From assembly GCA_039194035.1 (NCBI GenBank), contig JBCCWF010000003.1, forward strand, positions 1 through 48,582: 48,582 bases of DNA, written 5' to 3'. The notes beneath the pieces were generated by a model, which did not search any database, was not told the origin of the DNA, and saw only the letters and a list, made by a program, of their open reading frames with translations. The position numbers and the translations under genes were made by a program. The DNA comes from Cyanobacteria bacterium P01_E01_bin.6. GTDB lineage: Bacteria; Cyanobacteriota; Cyanobacteriia; CAKZMO01. Positions 19,432-29,776 of this stretch are shown in pieces; the first letter of the stretch is position 1; every line of letters begins with the position of its first letter.

Positions 19432-22400
19432 ATGGATCTACATCTGTTTTTAACCGATCTTTCTAATAAAGGTGTAAGACTGTCTGCCATTGGCAGTTTA
19501 TTGGACGTTCGTGCACCGAAGGGAGTGCTGACTCCAGAATTGCGTCACTCATTGGCTAAGCATAAAACAGAGCTGCTCATGTTGCTGCAAGCGAATGATA
19601 TGAGTGTTAGTTCTACACCTTTATCCACTATTATTGCACCAGCACCCGAGCTGCGCTACGAACCGTTCCCACTCACTGATATGCAGCACGCTTTCTGGGT
19701 GGGTCGCAGTGGAGTATTTGAGTTAGGAACGGTTGCCAATCATGGTTATTACGAAATTGAATGTCGCGATTTAGAGTTGGAGCGATTGAACTGGGCATTG
19801 CAACAATTGATTGAGCGTCACGACATGTTGAGGGCGGTGGTGTTATCCAACGGTCAACAGCAAGTCCTCAAGCAGGTGCCTGCTTATCAAATTCAGGTTT
19901 TAGATCTGAGCGGACAGAATGAGGATGCAGTCAATCAAGCGCTCAATGCAATTCGCGATCAACTCTCCCATCAAGTGCTACCTGCTGATCAGTGGCCGTT
20001 GTTTGAGTTTAGAGTAACTCGCTTGCCCGGAGACCGTTTCCGACTACACATCAGCTACGATTTGCAAATCTTTGATGCCTGGAGCCTGTTTCGTCTATTT
20101 GAAGAATGGTTCCAGCTTTATCAAGATCCGGCTTGCATTTTGTCGCCTCTGGAACTCTCGTTTCGAGATTACGTTATAGCCGAACAATCCCTGCCTGAAA
20201 CTCAACTGTACCAGCGATCGCGGGACTACTGGCTGGGTCGGGTTGATCAGCTGCCCCCCGCACCTGATTTGCCGCTAGCCAAAAGCCCTAAAGAGCTGAA
20301 ACATCACCACTGTCGCAGGTATACGGAGCGGATAGAACCAGAGGAGTGGCAGCAATTGAAGTACAAAGCTGCATATGCGGGATTGACTCCCTCTGGGCTT
20401 TTGCTGGCTGCGTTTGCTGAAGTTTTGACCCTGTGGAGCAGGAGTCCTCAATTTACGCTCAATCTGGCACTATTTAATCGATTGCCAATGCATCCCCAGG
20501 TCAACCAAATCTTGGGAGACTTTACCTCTATTACACTTTTAGCCATCGATAATTCAGCGACTGAATCCTTTCGTGATCGTGCCCTTCGCCTCCAGAAACA
20601 ACTCTGGGAGGATTTAGAATACCGCTACTTTAGTGGGGTGCGCGTCACACGAGAACTCAATCGTCTTAAAGGAACGGCCCCTAATGCCATGCCTGTGATC
20701 TTTACCAGTACGTTGGGGTTTGCGGCGATCGGGCAAGAGACGCACCCCTTCAGCCATTTTGGCGAGTTAGTTTATGGCATCAGTCAAGCCTCACAGGCGT
20801 GGATGGATGTGCAAGTTTGGGAAGAGAAAGAAACTCTAAGTTTCAACTGGGACGTTGTTGAGGAACTGTTTCCTGAAGGCTTGATTGCCGGAATGTTCGC
20901 TGCCTACTGCTGTTTTCTTAAACGGCTTGCAAGCTCAGAGGAAAGCTGGACAGAGACCACTCGTCAGCTCATGCAACCTGCTCAACTGGCGCAACGGCAC
21001 GCAATTAACGCAACTGATGCTCCAATTTCAGATGCGCTTTTGCAAGAACTCTTTGCAGAACAGGTGCGACAACAGCCTGCTCAACCAGCAGTGATTACAT
21101 TAGAAAAAACACTGACTTATCAAGAATTAAGCAATCGCGCCAATCAACTTGGGCATCAATTGCGGCAGTTAGGAGCACGCCCGAACCAATTGATTGGCAT
21201 TGTGATGGAAAAAGGATGGGAACAGGTTGTTGCGGTCATGGGAATTCTCATATCCGGTGCTGCCTACGTTCCCATTGATCCGGGGTTGCCAGCCGAGCGA
21301 TTTCAGCACCTGCTCAACTATAGTGAAGTTGAAATTGTGTTGACGCAATCCTGGCTAAACGAAAAGTTGCCCTGGATGCCTGGTATTCAACGCCTGTGCT
21401 TGGATACTGAGGACGTTGTTAAGGCGAATCAATCACAACTCAAACCAGTGCAAACTCCAGATGATTTAGCCTATGTCATTTATACCTCTGGTTCTACTGG
21501 TTTGCCAAAAGGGGTAATGATTACCCATCGCAGTGTGGTGAATGTGGTGATTTACACAAATCACCGGTTTCAGGTTGATCCCCATGATCGCATTCTGGCG
21601 CTAACAGCACTTAACCACGATTTATCGGTCTATGACATTTTGGGTCTACTAAGTGCTGGTGGCGCGATCGTGATGCCCGATGCCTGTGTTGTAAAGGACC
21701 CCAATCACTGGGCTGACCTGATCCAGCGTGAACAGGTAACGTTGTGGAACTCTGTTCCCGCCATGATGGAGATGCTAATAAATGCGGTGAGCGATCGCTC
21801 ACCGCCACTTTTTGACCATTTGCGATTGGCAATTTTAGGTGGTGATTGGTTGCCCGTTTCGTTGCCCGATCGCCTTAGAACGTTGGTACCCGATGTTCAA
21901 CTGCTCAGCATTGGCGGCCCCACAGAAACAACAATCTGGAATATTAGTTATCTGGTCGAACAGGTTGACCCATCCTGGAAAAGCATTCCCTATGGCAAGC
22001 CCACGGCTAACTCAAAATATTATATTTTGAATGATGCTTTAGAAGATTGCCCCACCTGGGTTCCCGGTCAACTGTATTGTGCTGGGGTGCAGGTGGCAAA
22101 AGGCTATTGGCGGAATGATGAGAAAACCCAGGCTAACTTTATCATTCATCCTCGCACAGGGGAGCGGATCTACCGCACGGGAGACCTGGGCCGCTATTTA
22201 CTTAATGGCACTATTGAGTTTCTAGGGCGAGTTGATTTTCAGCTCAAAATCCGCGGACATCGGATTGAAGCGGGAGAAATCGAGGCGGTCTTGACTCAGC
22301 ATTCGACTATACGAACAGCGGTTGTCAGTGTGATCGGTAATCAGCGTAAAGAACGCTTGATAGCCTACATCGTTCCTGAGCGAGCCTCAGCTCCTACGGT

Positions 22401-22893
22401 TGAGGAATTACGCTGTTTCCTGAGTGATAAGTTGCCAGAGCATATGGTGCCGTCAGCCTTCGTCTTCCTGGATGCTTTACCACTTTCTGCGAACGGGAAA
22501 ATCGATCGCCGTGCCCTTCCGACTCAAGAAAGTTTGCTACAAGAATTTGAGATCGTTTATGTTGCACCAAACACTGAAATTGAACACGCGATCGCCCACG
22601 TGTGGCAAGACGTGTTGGAACTCAAAGTGGTGGGAGTGAATGATAATTTTTTTGATCTAGGTGGGAATTCACTACTGATCACAACGGTCTATACCAAACT
22701 GAGAGAAATTTTACCCAATGAGTTCGGGTTTATATCATTAACAGACTTATATAAGTACCCAACGATCAAATCATTTTCTAGATACTTAGACCTCGGTAAA
22801 CAAGTTTCATCTGTGAAGCAGCAAACGGCTGAGGTGGAGCAAAGAATAAAACGAGGGAATCATCGCCTTCAACAAATGTTGAAAAAGCGTTGA
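19432..22893 (+). CDS. NRPS 1: beta-hairpin docking domain - Cy - A - PCP
   Basis: TubC/EpoB-like N-terminus (MDLHLFLTDLSNKGVRL...VRAPKGVLTPEL, ATG at 19432). Cy motifs FPLTDMQHAF and DLQIFD; A-domain YTSGSTG; PCP GGNSL; basic C-terminal tail. Confidence 0.95.
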   Translation: MDLHLFLTDLSNKGVRLSAIGSLLDVRAPKGVLTPELRHSLAKHKTELLMLLQANDMSVSSTPLSTIIAPAPELRYEPFPLTDMQHAFWVGRSGVFELGTVANHGYYEIECRDLELERLNWALQQLIERHDMLRAVVLSNGQQQVLKQVPAYQIQVLDLSGQNEDAVNQALNAIRDQLSHQVLPADQWPLFEFRVTRLPGDRFRLHISYDLQIFDAWSLFRLFEEWFQLYQDPACILSPLELSFRDYVIAEQSLPETQLYQRSRDYWLGRVDQLPPAPDLPLAKSPKELKHHHCRRYTERIEPEEWQQLKYKAAYAGLTPSGLLLAAFAEVLTLWSRSPQFTLNLALFNRLPMHPQVNQILGDFTSITLLAIDNSATESFRDRALRLQKQLWEDLEYRYFSGVRVTRELNRLKGTAPNAMPVIFTSTLGFAAIGQETHPFSHFGELVYGISQASQAWMDVQVWEEKETLSFNWDVVEELFPEGLIAGMFAAYCCFLKRLASSEESWTETTRQLMQPAQLAQRHAINATDAPISDALLQELFAEQVRQQPAQPAVITLEKTLTYQELSNRANQLGHQLRQLGARPNQLIGIVMEKGWEQVVAVMGILISGAAYVPIDPGLPAERFQHLLNYSEVEIVLTQSWLNEKLPWMPGIQRLCLDTEDVVKANQSQLKPVQTPDDLAYVIYTSGSTGLPKGVMITHRSVVNVVIYTNHRFQVDPHDRILALTALNHDLSVYDILGLLSAGGAIVMPDACVVKDPNHWADLIQREQVTLWNSVPAMMEMLINAVSDRSPPLFDHLRLAILGGDWLPVSLPDRLRTLVPDVQLLSIGGPTETTIWNISYLVEQVDPSWKSIPYGKPTANSKYYILNDALEDCPTWVPGQLYCAGVQVAKGYWRNDEKTQANFIIHPRTGERIYRTGDLGRYLLNGTIEFLGRVDFQLKIRGHRIEAGEIEAVLTQHSTIRTAVVSVIGNQRKERLIAYIVPERASAPTVEELRCFLSDKLPEHMVPSAFVFLDALPLSANGKIDRRALPTQESLLQEFEIVYVAPNTEIEHAIAHVWQDVLELKVVGVNDNFFDLGGNSLLITTVYTKLREILPNEFGFISLTDLYKYPTIKSFSRYLDLGKQVSSVKQQTAEVEQRIKRGNHRLQQMLKKR

Positions 22894-23000
22894 GAGACTG
22901 ATCACCGTAGTTGTATGAGGATTTAGTAAATTCTGACTAATCACTAAACGATAGAGCAATAGTTTTAAAAACCAATATTCGCACCACACTGAGCAATCCT

Positions 23001-26000
23001 ATGAAGTTTGAACGAAATGGTTTAGAAGTAGCTGTAGTCGGTTTGTCTGGACGCTTTCCGGGTAGCGATTGTATTGAGGATTTTTGGGAGGCTCTGATCG
23101 GCGGATCAGAGGCTATTTCCACATTTTCCAGAGATAGTTCTCGCCAGACGGTTCGAGCAGGTGCTGTCTTAGATAAGATTGACATGTTTGACGCTACTTT
23201 TTTTGGCTTTAGCCCCAAAGATGCTGAAATAATAGACCCCCAACATCGCATCTTTTTGGAGTGTTCCTGGGAAGCATTGGAAAATGCTGGTTGTGATTCC
23301 GAGCGTGAAGCAAGACCCATCGGGGTATACACCGGAATTGGCAGCAGTACGTACTCTCTCTACAATCTCTTTCCCAATAATCTCAAAGAGTCTTTAGGAT
23401 ACTTTCCCACGCTGCTGGCCTGCGATCGCGACTACGCCCCCACTCGTGTTTCCTACAAACTGAATCTCACCGGACCCAGTATTAGCGTCGGAACCGCTTG
23501 TTCAAGTTCATTGGTTGCGGTTCATCTGGCGTATAAGGGACTGCTGAGTGGTGAATGCGATATTGCTCTGGCAGCAGGCGTTTCTGTCAAAACTCCGCAG
23601 AATGAAGTCACGTTGTGTCCGGAGGGAATTTCCCCCGATGGACGCTGCTTTGCCTTTGATGCTCGTGCGAATGGCACAATTGGGGGCAATGGCGTTGGTG
23701 TTGTTGTGCTTAAGCGGTTAGACGATGCGATCGCCGATCATGACTTTATCTATGCGGTGATTAAAGGATCAGCCATTAACAATGATGGTGCGTTGAAGGT
23801 GAGCTATACAGCACCCAGCGAAAATGCCCAAGCGCAGGTAATTCAGGCTGCTCAAATTATGGCTGATGTCGAGCCAGAAACGATTACCTATATTGAAACT
23901 CATGGAACTGGAACGCCGATGGGTGATCCGATTGAAATTGCAGCCCTCAAACAAGTGTTTTCAGGCGATCAAAAACATGCTTGCGCGATAGGCTCAGTCA
24001 AAACGAATATCGGGCATTTGGACGCTGCCGCAGGAATTGCTAGTTTGATCAAAACCTTGCTGGCAATGCACCACAAGCTATTGCCAGCCAGCCTCAACTT
24101 TCAGACTCCTAATCCTCAAATTGATTTTGAGAATAGCCCATTTTACGTCAATGACAGCCTATCTGAATGGAACAGCAACGGGATTCCCCGTCGCGCTGGT
24201 GTCAGTTCCTTTGGCTTTGGTGGCACGAATGCCCATGTCGTTTTAGAAGAAGCGCCACCCCCTGAACCGTCTGCACCTTACCGCTCCTGGCAGTTGCTAC
24301 TGTTATCAGCCAAAACGGATTCTGCCCTAGAAACGACAACAGCAAATTTGCTCAACCACTTAACGCAGCATCCGGATCTAAACCTGGCTGATGTTGCTTA
24401 CACGCTGCAAATAGGGCGTCGGGGTTTCAATCATCGCCGCATGGTGGTGTGCCAAAGCGTTGACGATGCAGTCAAGGCCCTGCAAGACTCCAAACGAGTA
24501 TTAAGTAGCCGTCAGGAAACGAGCGATCGCCCGGTTGCCTTTATGTTTACCGGACTGGGAACTCATTACGTCAGCATGGGTTGGGAACTTTATCAAAGCG
24601 AACCCATCTTTCGTGAGTGCGTTGATCGCTGCTGTGAGCTTCTCAAACCGCTTCTGGGGATGGATCTAAAAGACATCCTTTATCCTAGTCAAAGCCAATC
24701 CTCAGACGATTCCCAAACAACTGACGAGAGCGGAAGTTTGCCTCGTTCACAGTTTGATTTGCGCAAGATGCTGGGTCGCGATCGCGACCAACCAGATGCA
24801 GCTAGCCAAGCCCTGAATCAAACTTCTCTCACCCAACCCGCCATGTTTGTCGTCGAGTACGCACTGGCGCAGGTCTGGATGGCGTGGGGCATTCGTCCCA
24901 TTGCGATGATTGGCTACAGCATTGGTGAATATGTGGCTGCGTGTTTATCTGGAGTATTGTCCCTGGAGGATGCACTGACGCTGGTTGCCAAACGAGCGCA
25001 GATGATTCAAGCATTGCCGGATGGAGCAATGCTGGCTGTTCCGCTTTCAGAGGAAACCGTGCGTCCCTTGCTCGGTGAAATGCTGTCCTTGTCGGCAGTG
25101 AATGGATCCAACCTGTGCGTCGTTGCTGGAGCTGTAGAGGCGATCGCAGAATTAGAACAGCAGCTCATCGCCCAAGGACTTGCCTGTCGACGCTTACAGA
25201 CTTCCCACGCCTTTCACTCTTTCATGATGGAGGCGATCGCAGATTCTTTTACGAAACTTGCGAAGACCGTAACCTTGCAACCGCCGAAAATTCCCTATCT
25301 CTCCAATGTCACTGGAACTTGGATCACAGCTGCCCAAGCCACCGATCCAGGCTACTGGACAACCCATCTGTGCCAACCTGTGCGCTTTGCGGACGGAGTA
25401 AAGCATCTGTGGCAACAGCAACACCCGATTCTGTTGGAAGTTGGACCGGGACAAACACTGAGCAGCTTGGTTCTCCAATGTTTAGCAAATGAACAGGGAA
25501 CCGATCAGGTCGTGTTGCCTTCTCTGCGCCACTCCTACGAGAAACAATCTGATGTTGCATTTTTGCTCAACACTCTGGGGCAACTGTGGCTGTCGGGAGG
25601 TCAGATAGACTGGTCGGGATTTTATGCCCATGAAAATCGCTATCGCCTGCCCCTGCCGACCTATCCCTTTGAACGCCAGCGTTACTGGATTGATCCACCC
25701 CACTCCATACCGCTACAGCTAGCAACGTCAGAACTGTGGCGATCTCTCGTCACAGCGGGTCAACGACAAGCCAATCAGGAGATCTCAGGATTTGACGAGC
25801 AGACGTATCGAGAGCAAGTCTTGTGGATGGAGCGCTTATGCGTAGCGTACATTAATCAAGCCGTGAGACGTTTGGGTGCCTTCAACGACCCATCTGAACA
25901 GTATTCGTTTAAGGAGTTGTTTGAGCACTGTCAAATTATTCCGAATTATCAACAGTTGTGGTCTCGTTGGCTGCAAATTTTGGTCGAACAGGGACACTTG

Positions 26001-28871
26001 CAGCAAGATGAGCAGGGAGTGTTTACCAACCTTTTGCCAGTATCCGCAGACTCAATTCACAGTCTGTTAGAAGAGGTTAGAGCTAGATGGGCAGACACTC
26101 CTGAACCCATGGAGATTCTGCAACGCTGCGGCGAAAATCTCCCAACTGTATTGGTTGGGGAAAAGGACGCCTTAGAGTTTCAGGTCGCTAAGTTTGCAGA
26201 AAAAGAGGAAGTTCCGGTTCAAAGTCTTCCATCAGTGGTCTACTACAAAGGCATCCTGCGAACAATTCTGGAGCAACTGGTGCAGTCACTATCACCAGAG
26301 GTCAACTTAAGACTATTGGAAATCGGTGGCGGACAAGGAATTGCTACAGATGACTTGCTGTCTGTGCTACCACCAGAGCGAACCCACTACAGCTTCACCG
26401 ATGTAGGAGGTTGGCTTCTCCGTACGGCTGAGAAAAAGTATAGTCATTTTCCATTTGTTGACTATCGCTTTCTGGACATTGAGCGATCGCCAACCGAACA
26501 AGGGTATTCAACGCACTCGTTTGATGTAGTCATTGCGGTGAATGTCCTGCATGTTGTCCAAAGTGTTGGAGCAACACTCGATCATGTTCGCTCTTTGTTA
26601 GCTCCTGGTGGTTTACTTTTGATCTGGGAAATTACTCAACCCCAATTGCTGTTTGATGTCGCTGACGGATTGCTCATGAATCCTGTAGAGGACGAAGGAC
26701 GCAATCAAGGCAATCCGTTCTTATCAAACGATCAATGGCAAACAGCACTCTGCGCTCATGGATTTGTTGAAGTCGCTGCCTTATCCAAGATTGAATCTTT
26801 CGGACAAGATATTTTCGTGGCTCGAGCTGATTCAAAAGCAGCTCCGTCAATACCGGCTGCATTTACAGTGTTGATGCAGTCGAAGAATGTTGAACAGCAT
26901 TCTCACCATTCATTTGGTAAAAAGCCCGATATTGCCGATTGGTTTTACTTGCCATCCTGGAAGCGCTCAATACTGTCCTCGAAAGCAATGGCTCAAACAG
27001 GCCAGTCGCAGCGCTGGTTAGTGTTTGTGGATGAATGTGGCTTGGGAACTCAATTAGCAAAACGTCTCCAATTGGCGGGTCAGGAGATCATTACCGTCAA
27101 CCTTGGGGAGAACTTTAGCAGCGAATGCACCACTTCTAGTGAGGGGTATAATCAACGTGCCTATACGATTAACCCGCGCCATCCGAACGACTACAATATC
27201 TTGTTCGAAGAACTGCGTGCGTTGAGTTGGATACCAACAGAAATCATGCATTTCTGGAGCGTCACGCCAAACCGTTTTATAGGGCCAGAGGACACCACTC
27301 AATCTTTGGGATTTCACAGCTTGCTGTTCCTAGCGCAGGCGATCGCAGGCCAAAATCTGACCCATTCGCTTGAAATTGGTATTGTGTCAAACAATATGCA
27401 GCCAGTCACGGGTTCAGAGGAACTAGCTCCAGAAAAAGCATTACTTCTCGGCCCCTGTAAAGTGATTCCATTGGAATACCCACATATCACCTGCCGTAGC
27501 GTTGATATTGTGCTTCCAGAACCAAACAGTTGGCAAATGGAAGAACTAGTAGGCCAGCTACTGGCAGAGTTTACCACTCAAACCACTGACCCAATTGTTG
27601 CCTACCGAGGCGTTTATCGCTGGACGCAAACTTTTGAGCCTGCGCGATTGGACGTCGTTGATCAGAAACCCTGTTTAAGGGAAGCAGGCGTTTATCTAAT
27701 CACAGGGGGATTGGGGGGCGTCAGCTTAACGGTAGCAGACTATTTGGCACGGACTGTTAAGGCAAAGCTGATTCTTACTGGGCGATCGCCGTTCCCAGCA
27801 AGGGCGGAGTGGTCGCACTGGTTGTCCACTCACGATCAGCAGGACGAGATCAGCCAGAAGATTCGGAAAATTCAAGACCTGGAGATACTAGGTTCAGAGG
27901 TCTTGGTACTGAGTGTAGATGTAACTGACTACGAACAGATGTCCGCTGCAATCGCTCAGGTAACGGATCACTTTGGTCAGATTCAAGGTGTCATTCATGC
28001 CGCATTCGTGCCGAAAAGATGCATGATTCAATGTAGAACAGAAGACTTTGTTGGTGCTGAGGTTGGTCCTAAAGTTAAAGGAACACAAGTCCTCGATCGC
28101 CTCTTCAAAGACACCAAACTCGATTTCTTTTTACTCTTTTCATCGCTACACGCCTTTGACCCGCTTGCAGGTCAAGTAGATTATGTGGCTGAAAGTGTCT
28201 TTTTGGACGTATTCGCTCACTACGCTAGCTGTAAACGGCCTGGCACAGTGTTTAGAAGCATTAATTGGGATGCATGGAGTGGACTAGGGGCAGACGTTTC
28301 CTTTGCGGCAAAATATCAGGAGATTACAGGAGAACCCACTCGCGATGGCATGTTGCCTGAAGAGGGCATTGAAGCATTGAGATGCATTTTGTCCGCACGT
28401 CCAATGCCTCAGAGAGTTGTGTCAACCCACGATCTGCCGACTTTACTCACGCAGGGTGAGCAGAAACTTTCCCTATCAACCCTGCAGAAGGCGGAATCAA
28501 CCCTGCAGGAGACGGAATCAACCCTGCAAAAGACGGACATCTCTAAACCGGTTCGCCAAAGACCTGAACTGAAGAATAGCTATGTCGCTCCCACTAATGA
28601 ATTAGAGAGCGGGATTGCTGAAAGTTTTCAAAAATTCTTGGGTTTTGAGCAGATTGGTATTCATGACAATTTCTTCGCTTTAGGAGGCGACTCGTTAACT
28701 GGCAGTGTGTTGGTGAAACAGCTTTGCGATCGCTTCCAGATAAATCTACCGCTTCGTTCTCTCTATGAAGCCCCTACGGTGGCAGAATTAGCGGTTGCGA
28801 TCGAAAAAATCCTCATAGAAGAGTTGGAAACCTTAACGGAAGAAGAAGCCATCTTGATTTTGGAACGGTAA
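23001..28871 (+). CDS. PKS: KS - atypical AT (probably hydroxymalonyl-ACP) - MT - KR - ACP
   Basis: KS GTACSSS/HGTGT; AT with GLGTHY and GYSIG variants; MT LEIGGGQG...NVLH; divergent KR (GGLGGVS, DYVAES); ACP GGDSL. Confidence 0.93.
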   Translation: MKFERNGLEVAVVGLSGRFPGSDCIEDFWEALIGGSEAISTFSRDSSRQTVRAGAVLDKIDMFDATFFGFSPKDAEIIDPQHRIFLECSWEALENAGCDSEREARPIGVYTGIGSSTYSLYNLFPNNLKESLGYFPTLLACDRDYAPTRVSYKLNLTGPSISVGTACSSSLVAVHLAYKGLLSGECDIALAAGVSVKTPQNEVTLCPEGISPDGRCFAFDARANGTIGGNGVGVVVLKRLDDAIADHDFIYAVIKGSAINNDGALKVSYTAPSENAQAQVIQAAQIMADVEPETITYIETHGTGTPMGDPIEIAALKQVFSGDQKHACAIGSVKTNIGHLDAAAGIASLIKTLLAMHHKLLPASLNFQTPNPQIDFENSPFYVNDSLSEWNSNGIPRRAGVSSFGFGGTNAHVVLEEAPPPEPSAPYRSWQLLLLSAKTDSALETTTANLLNHLTQHPDLNLADVAYTLQIGRRGFNHRRMVVCQSVDDAVKALQDSKRVLSSRQETSDRPVAFMFTGLGTHYVSMGWELYQSEPIFRECVDRCCELLKPLLGMDLKDILYPSQSQSSDDSQTTDESGSLPRSQFDLRKMLGRDRDQPDAASQALNQTSLTQPAMFVVEYALAQVWMAWGIRPIAMIGYSIGEYVAACLSGVLSLEDALTLVAKRAQMIQALPDGAMLAVPLSEETVRPLLGEMLSLSAVNGSNLCVVAGAVEAIAELEQQLIAQGLACRRLQTSHAFHSFMMEAIADSFTKLAKTVTLQPPKIPYLSNVTGTWITAAQATDPGYWTTHLCQPVRFADGVKHLWQQQHPILLEVGPGQTLSSLVLQCLANEQGTDQVVLPSLRHSYEKQSDVAFLLNTLGQLWLSGGQIDWSGFYAHENRYRLPLPTYPFERQRYWIDPPHSIPLQLATSELWRSLVTAGQRQANQEISGFDEQTYREQVLWMERLCVAYINQAVRRLGAFNDPSEQYSFKELFEHCQIIPNYQQLWSRWLQILVEQGHLQQDEQGVFTNLLPVSADSIHSLLEEVRARWADTPEPMEILQRCGENLPTVLVGEKDALEFQVAKFAEKEEVPVQSLPSVVYYKGILRTILEQLVQSLSPEVNLRLLEIGGGQGIATDDLLSVLPPERTHYSFTDVGGWLLRTAEKKYSHFPFVDYRFLDIERSPTEQGYSTHSFDVVIAVNVLHVVQSVGATLDHVRSLLAPGGLLLIWEITQPQLLFDVADGLLMNPVEDEGRNQGNPFLSNDQWQTALCAHGFVEVAALSKIESFGQDIFVARADSKAAPSIPAAFTVLMQSKNVEQHSHHSFGKKPDIADWFYLPSWKRSILSSKAMAQTGQSQRWLVFVDECGLGTQLAKRLQLAGQEIITVNLGENFSSECTTSSEGYNQRAYTINPRHPNDYNILFEELRALSWIPTEIMHFWSVTPNRFIGPEDTTQSLGFHSLLFLAQAIAGQNLTHSLEIGIVSNNMQPVTGSEELAPEKALLLGPCKVIPLEYPHITCRSVDIVLPEPNSWQMEELVGQLLAEFTTQTTDPIVAYRGVYRWTQTFEPARLDVVDQKPCLREAGVYLITGGLGGVSLTVADYLARTVKAKLILTGRSPFPARAEWSHWLSTHDQQDEISQKIRKIQDLEILGSEVLVLSVDVTDYEQMSAAIAQVTDHFGQIQGVIHAAFVPKRCMIQCRTEDFVGAEVGPKVKGTQVLDRLFKDTKLDFFLLFSSLHAFDPLAGQVDYVAESVFLDVFAHYASCKRPGTVFRSINWDAWSGLGADVSFAAKYQEITGEPTRDGMLPEEGIEALRCILSARPMPQRVVSTHDLPTLLTQGEQKLSLSTLQKAESTLQETESTLQKTDISKPVRQRPELKNSYVAPTNELESGIAESFQKFLGFEQIGIHDNFFALGGDSLTGSVLVKQLCDRFQINLPLRSLYEAPTVAELAVAIEKILIEELETLTEEEAILILER
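28475..28537 (+). repeat. 3 x 21-bp in-frame tandem repeat in the KR-ACP linker
   Basis: ATCAACCCTGCAGAAGGCGGA / ATCAACCCTGCAGGAGACGGA / ATCAACCCTGCAAAAGACGGA, encoding STLQKAE-STLQETE-STLQKTD. Confidence 0.9.
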
Positions 28872-28874
28872 TCC

Positions 28875-29732
28875 ATGATGAACATTCAAGTTGTTGGTGT
28901 TGTCGGAGCAGGTGTAATGGGCAGCGGGGTAGCGCAAAACCTCGCTCAAACTGGACATCAAGTTATTCTGCTGGATGTCTCAGAGTCAATTTTGGAACGT
29001 GCAAACCAAGAAATCCAGAAGAATCTGCGGTTTCAAGGCTTTTTCAAGAAAGATGAGCAATCCACTAGCCCCGAAGCAGTTCTCCAGCGCATTAAGTTCT
29101 CTACAAATTATCAGTTTCTAGAGTCAGCAGAGTTTGTGATTGAAAATACAACTGAAAAATGGGATATCAAGAAGCTAGTTTATGAGGCGATCGACGCTAT
29201 TTGCTCCCCAGAAGTTGTCTTCGCTGCCAATACCTCAGCCATTCCAATTACTCGCATTGCCTCAGTCACCAAGCGTGCTCCTAACGTAGTCGGACTACAT
29301 TTTATGAATCCCGTTCCAATCAAGTCAATGGTCGAAGCCATTCGCGGCTACCACACGTCTGATCAAACGATTGAAACAGCCAAGCAGTTATTAGCTCAGA
29401 TGGGTAAGGAATACATTGTTGTCAATGATTCACCGGGATTTGTCTCTAACCGTGTGTTGATGTTAACGATTAACGAGGCTATCTTTCTACTTGAAGAACA
29501 CGTTGCTTCGGCATCTGAGGTAGACAAAATTTTCAAAGCCTGCTTTGGTCATAAGATGGGACCTCTAGAAACGGCTGATTTGATTGGACTAGATACGATC
29601 CTTTTCTCGATCGAAGTATTGTATGAGAGCTTTAACGATAGCAAATACCGCCCCTGTATCTTACTCAAGAAAATGGTAGATGCGGGATTACACGGTCAAA
29701 AAAGTGGCCAGGGTTTCTATACTTACCATTGA
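28875..29732 (+). CDS. 3-hydroxyacyl-CoA dehydrogenase-like glyceryl-ACP oxidase (FkbK/ZmaG-like)
   Basis: GAGVMG Rossmann motif, NTS, HFMNP, PGFVSNR and MGPLETADLIG; adjacent to the ACP, ACAD and FkbH genes. Confidence 0.92.
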   Translation: MMNIQVVGVVGAGVMGSGVAQNLAQTGHQVILLDVSESILERANQEIQKNLRFQGFFKKDEQSTSPEAVLQRIKFSTNYQFLESAEFVIENTTEKWDIKKLVYEAIDAICSPEVVFAANTSAIPITRIASVTKRAPNVVGLHFMNPVPIKSMVEAIRGYHTSDQTIETAKQLLAQMGKEYIVVNDSPGFVSNRVLMLTINEAIFLLEEHVASASEVDKIFKACFGHKMGPLETADLIGLDTILFSIEVLYESFNDSKYRPCILLKKMVDAGLHGQKSGQGFYTYH

Positions 29733-29776
29733 CCGTCCAGAGTTAGAGCCACCATCATCTATTAGTTCAAACCACC

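Noticed and set aside
28475-28537. Tandem repeats as a possible CRISPR array
   Set aside because: There are no spacers, the repeats are in frame within coding sequence, and no cas genes are present.
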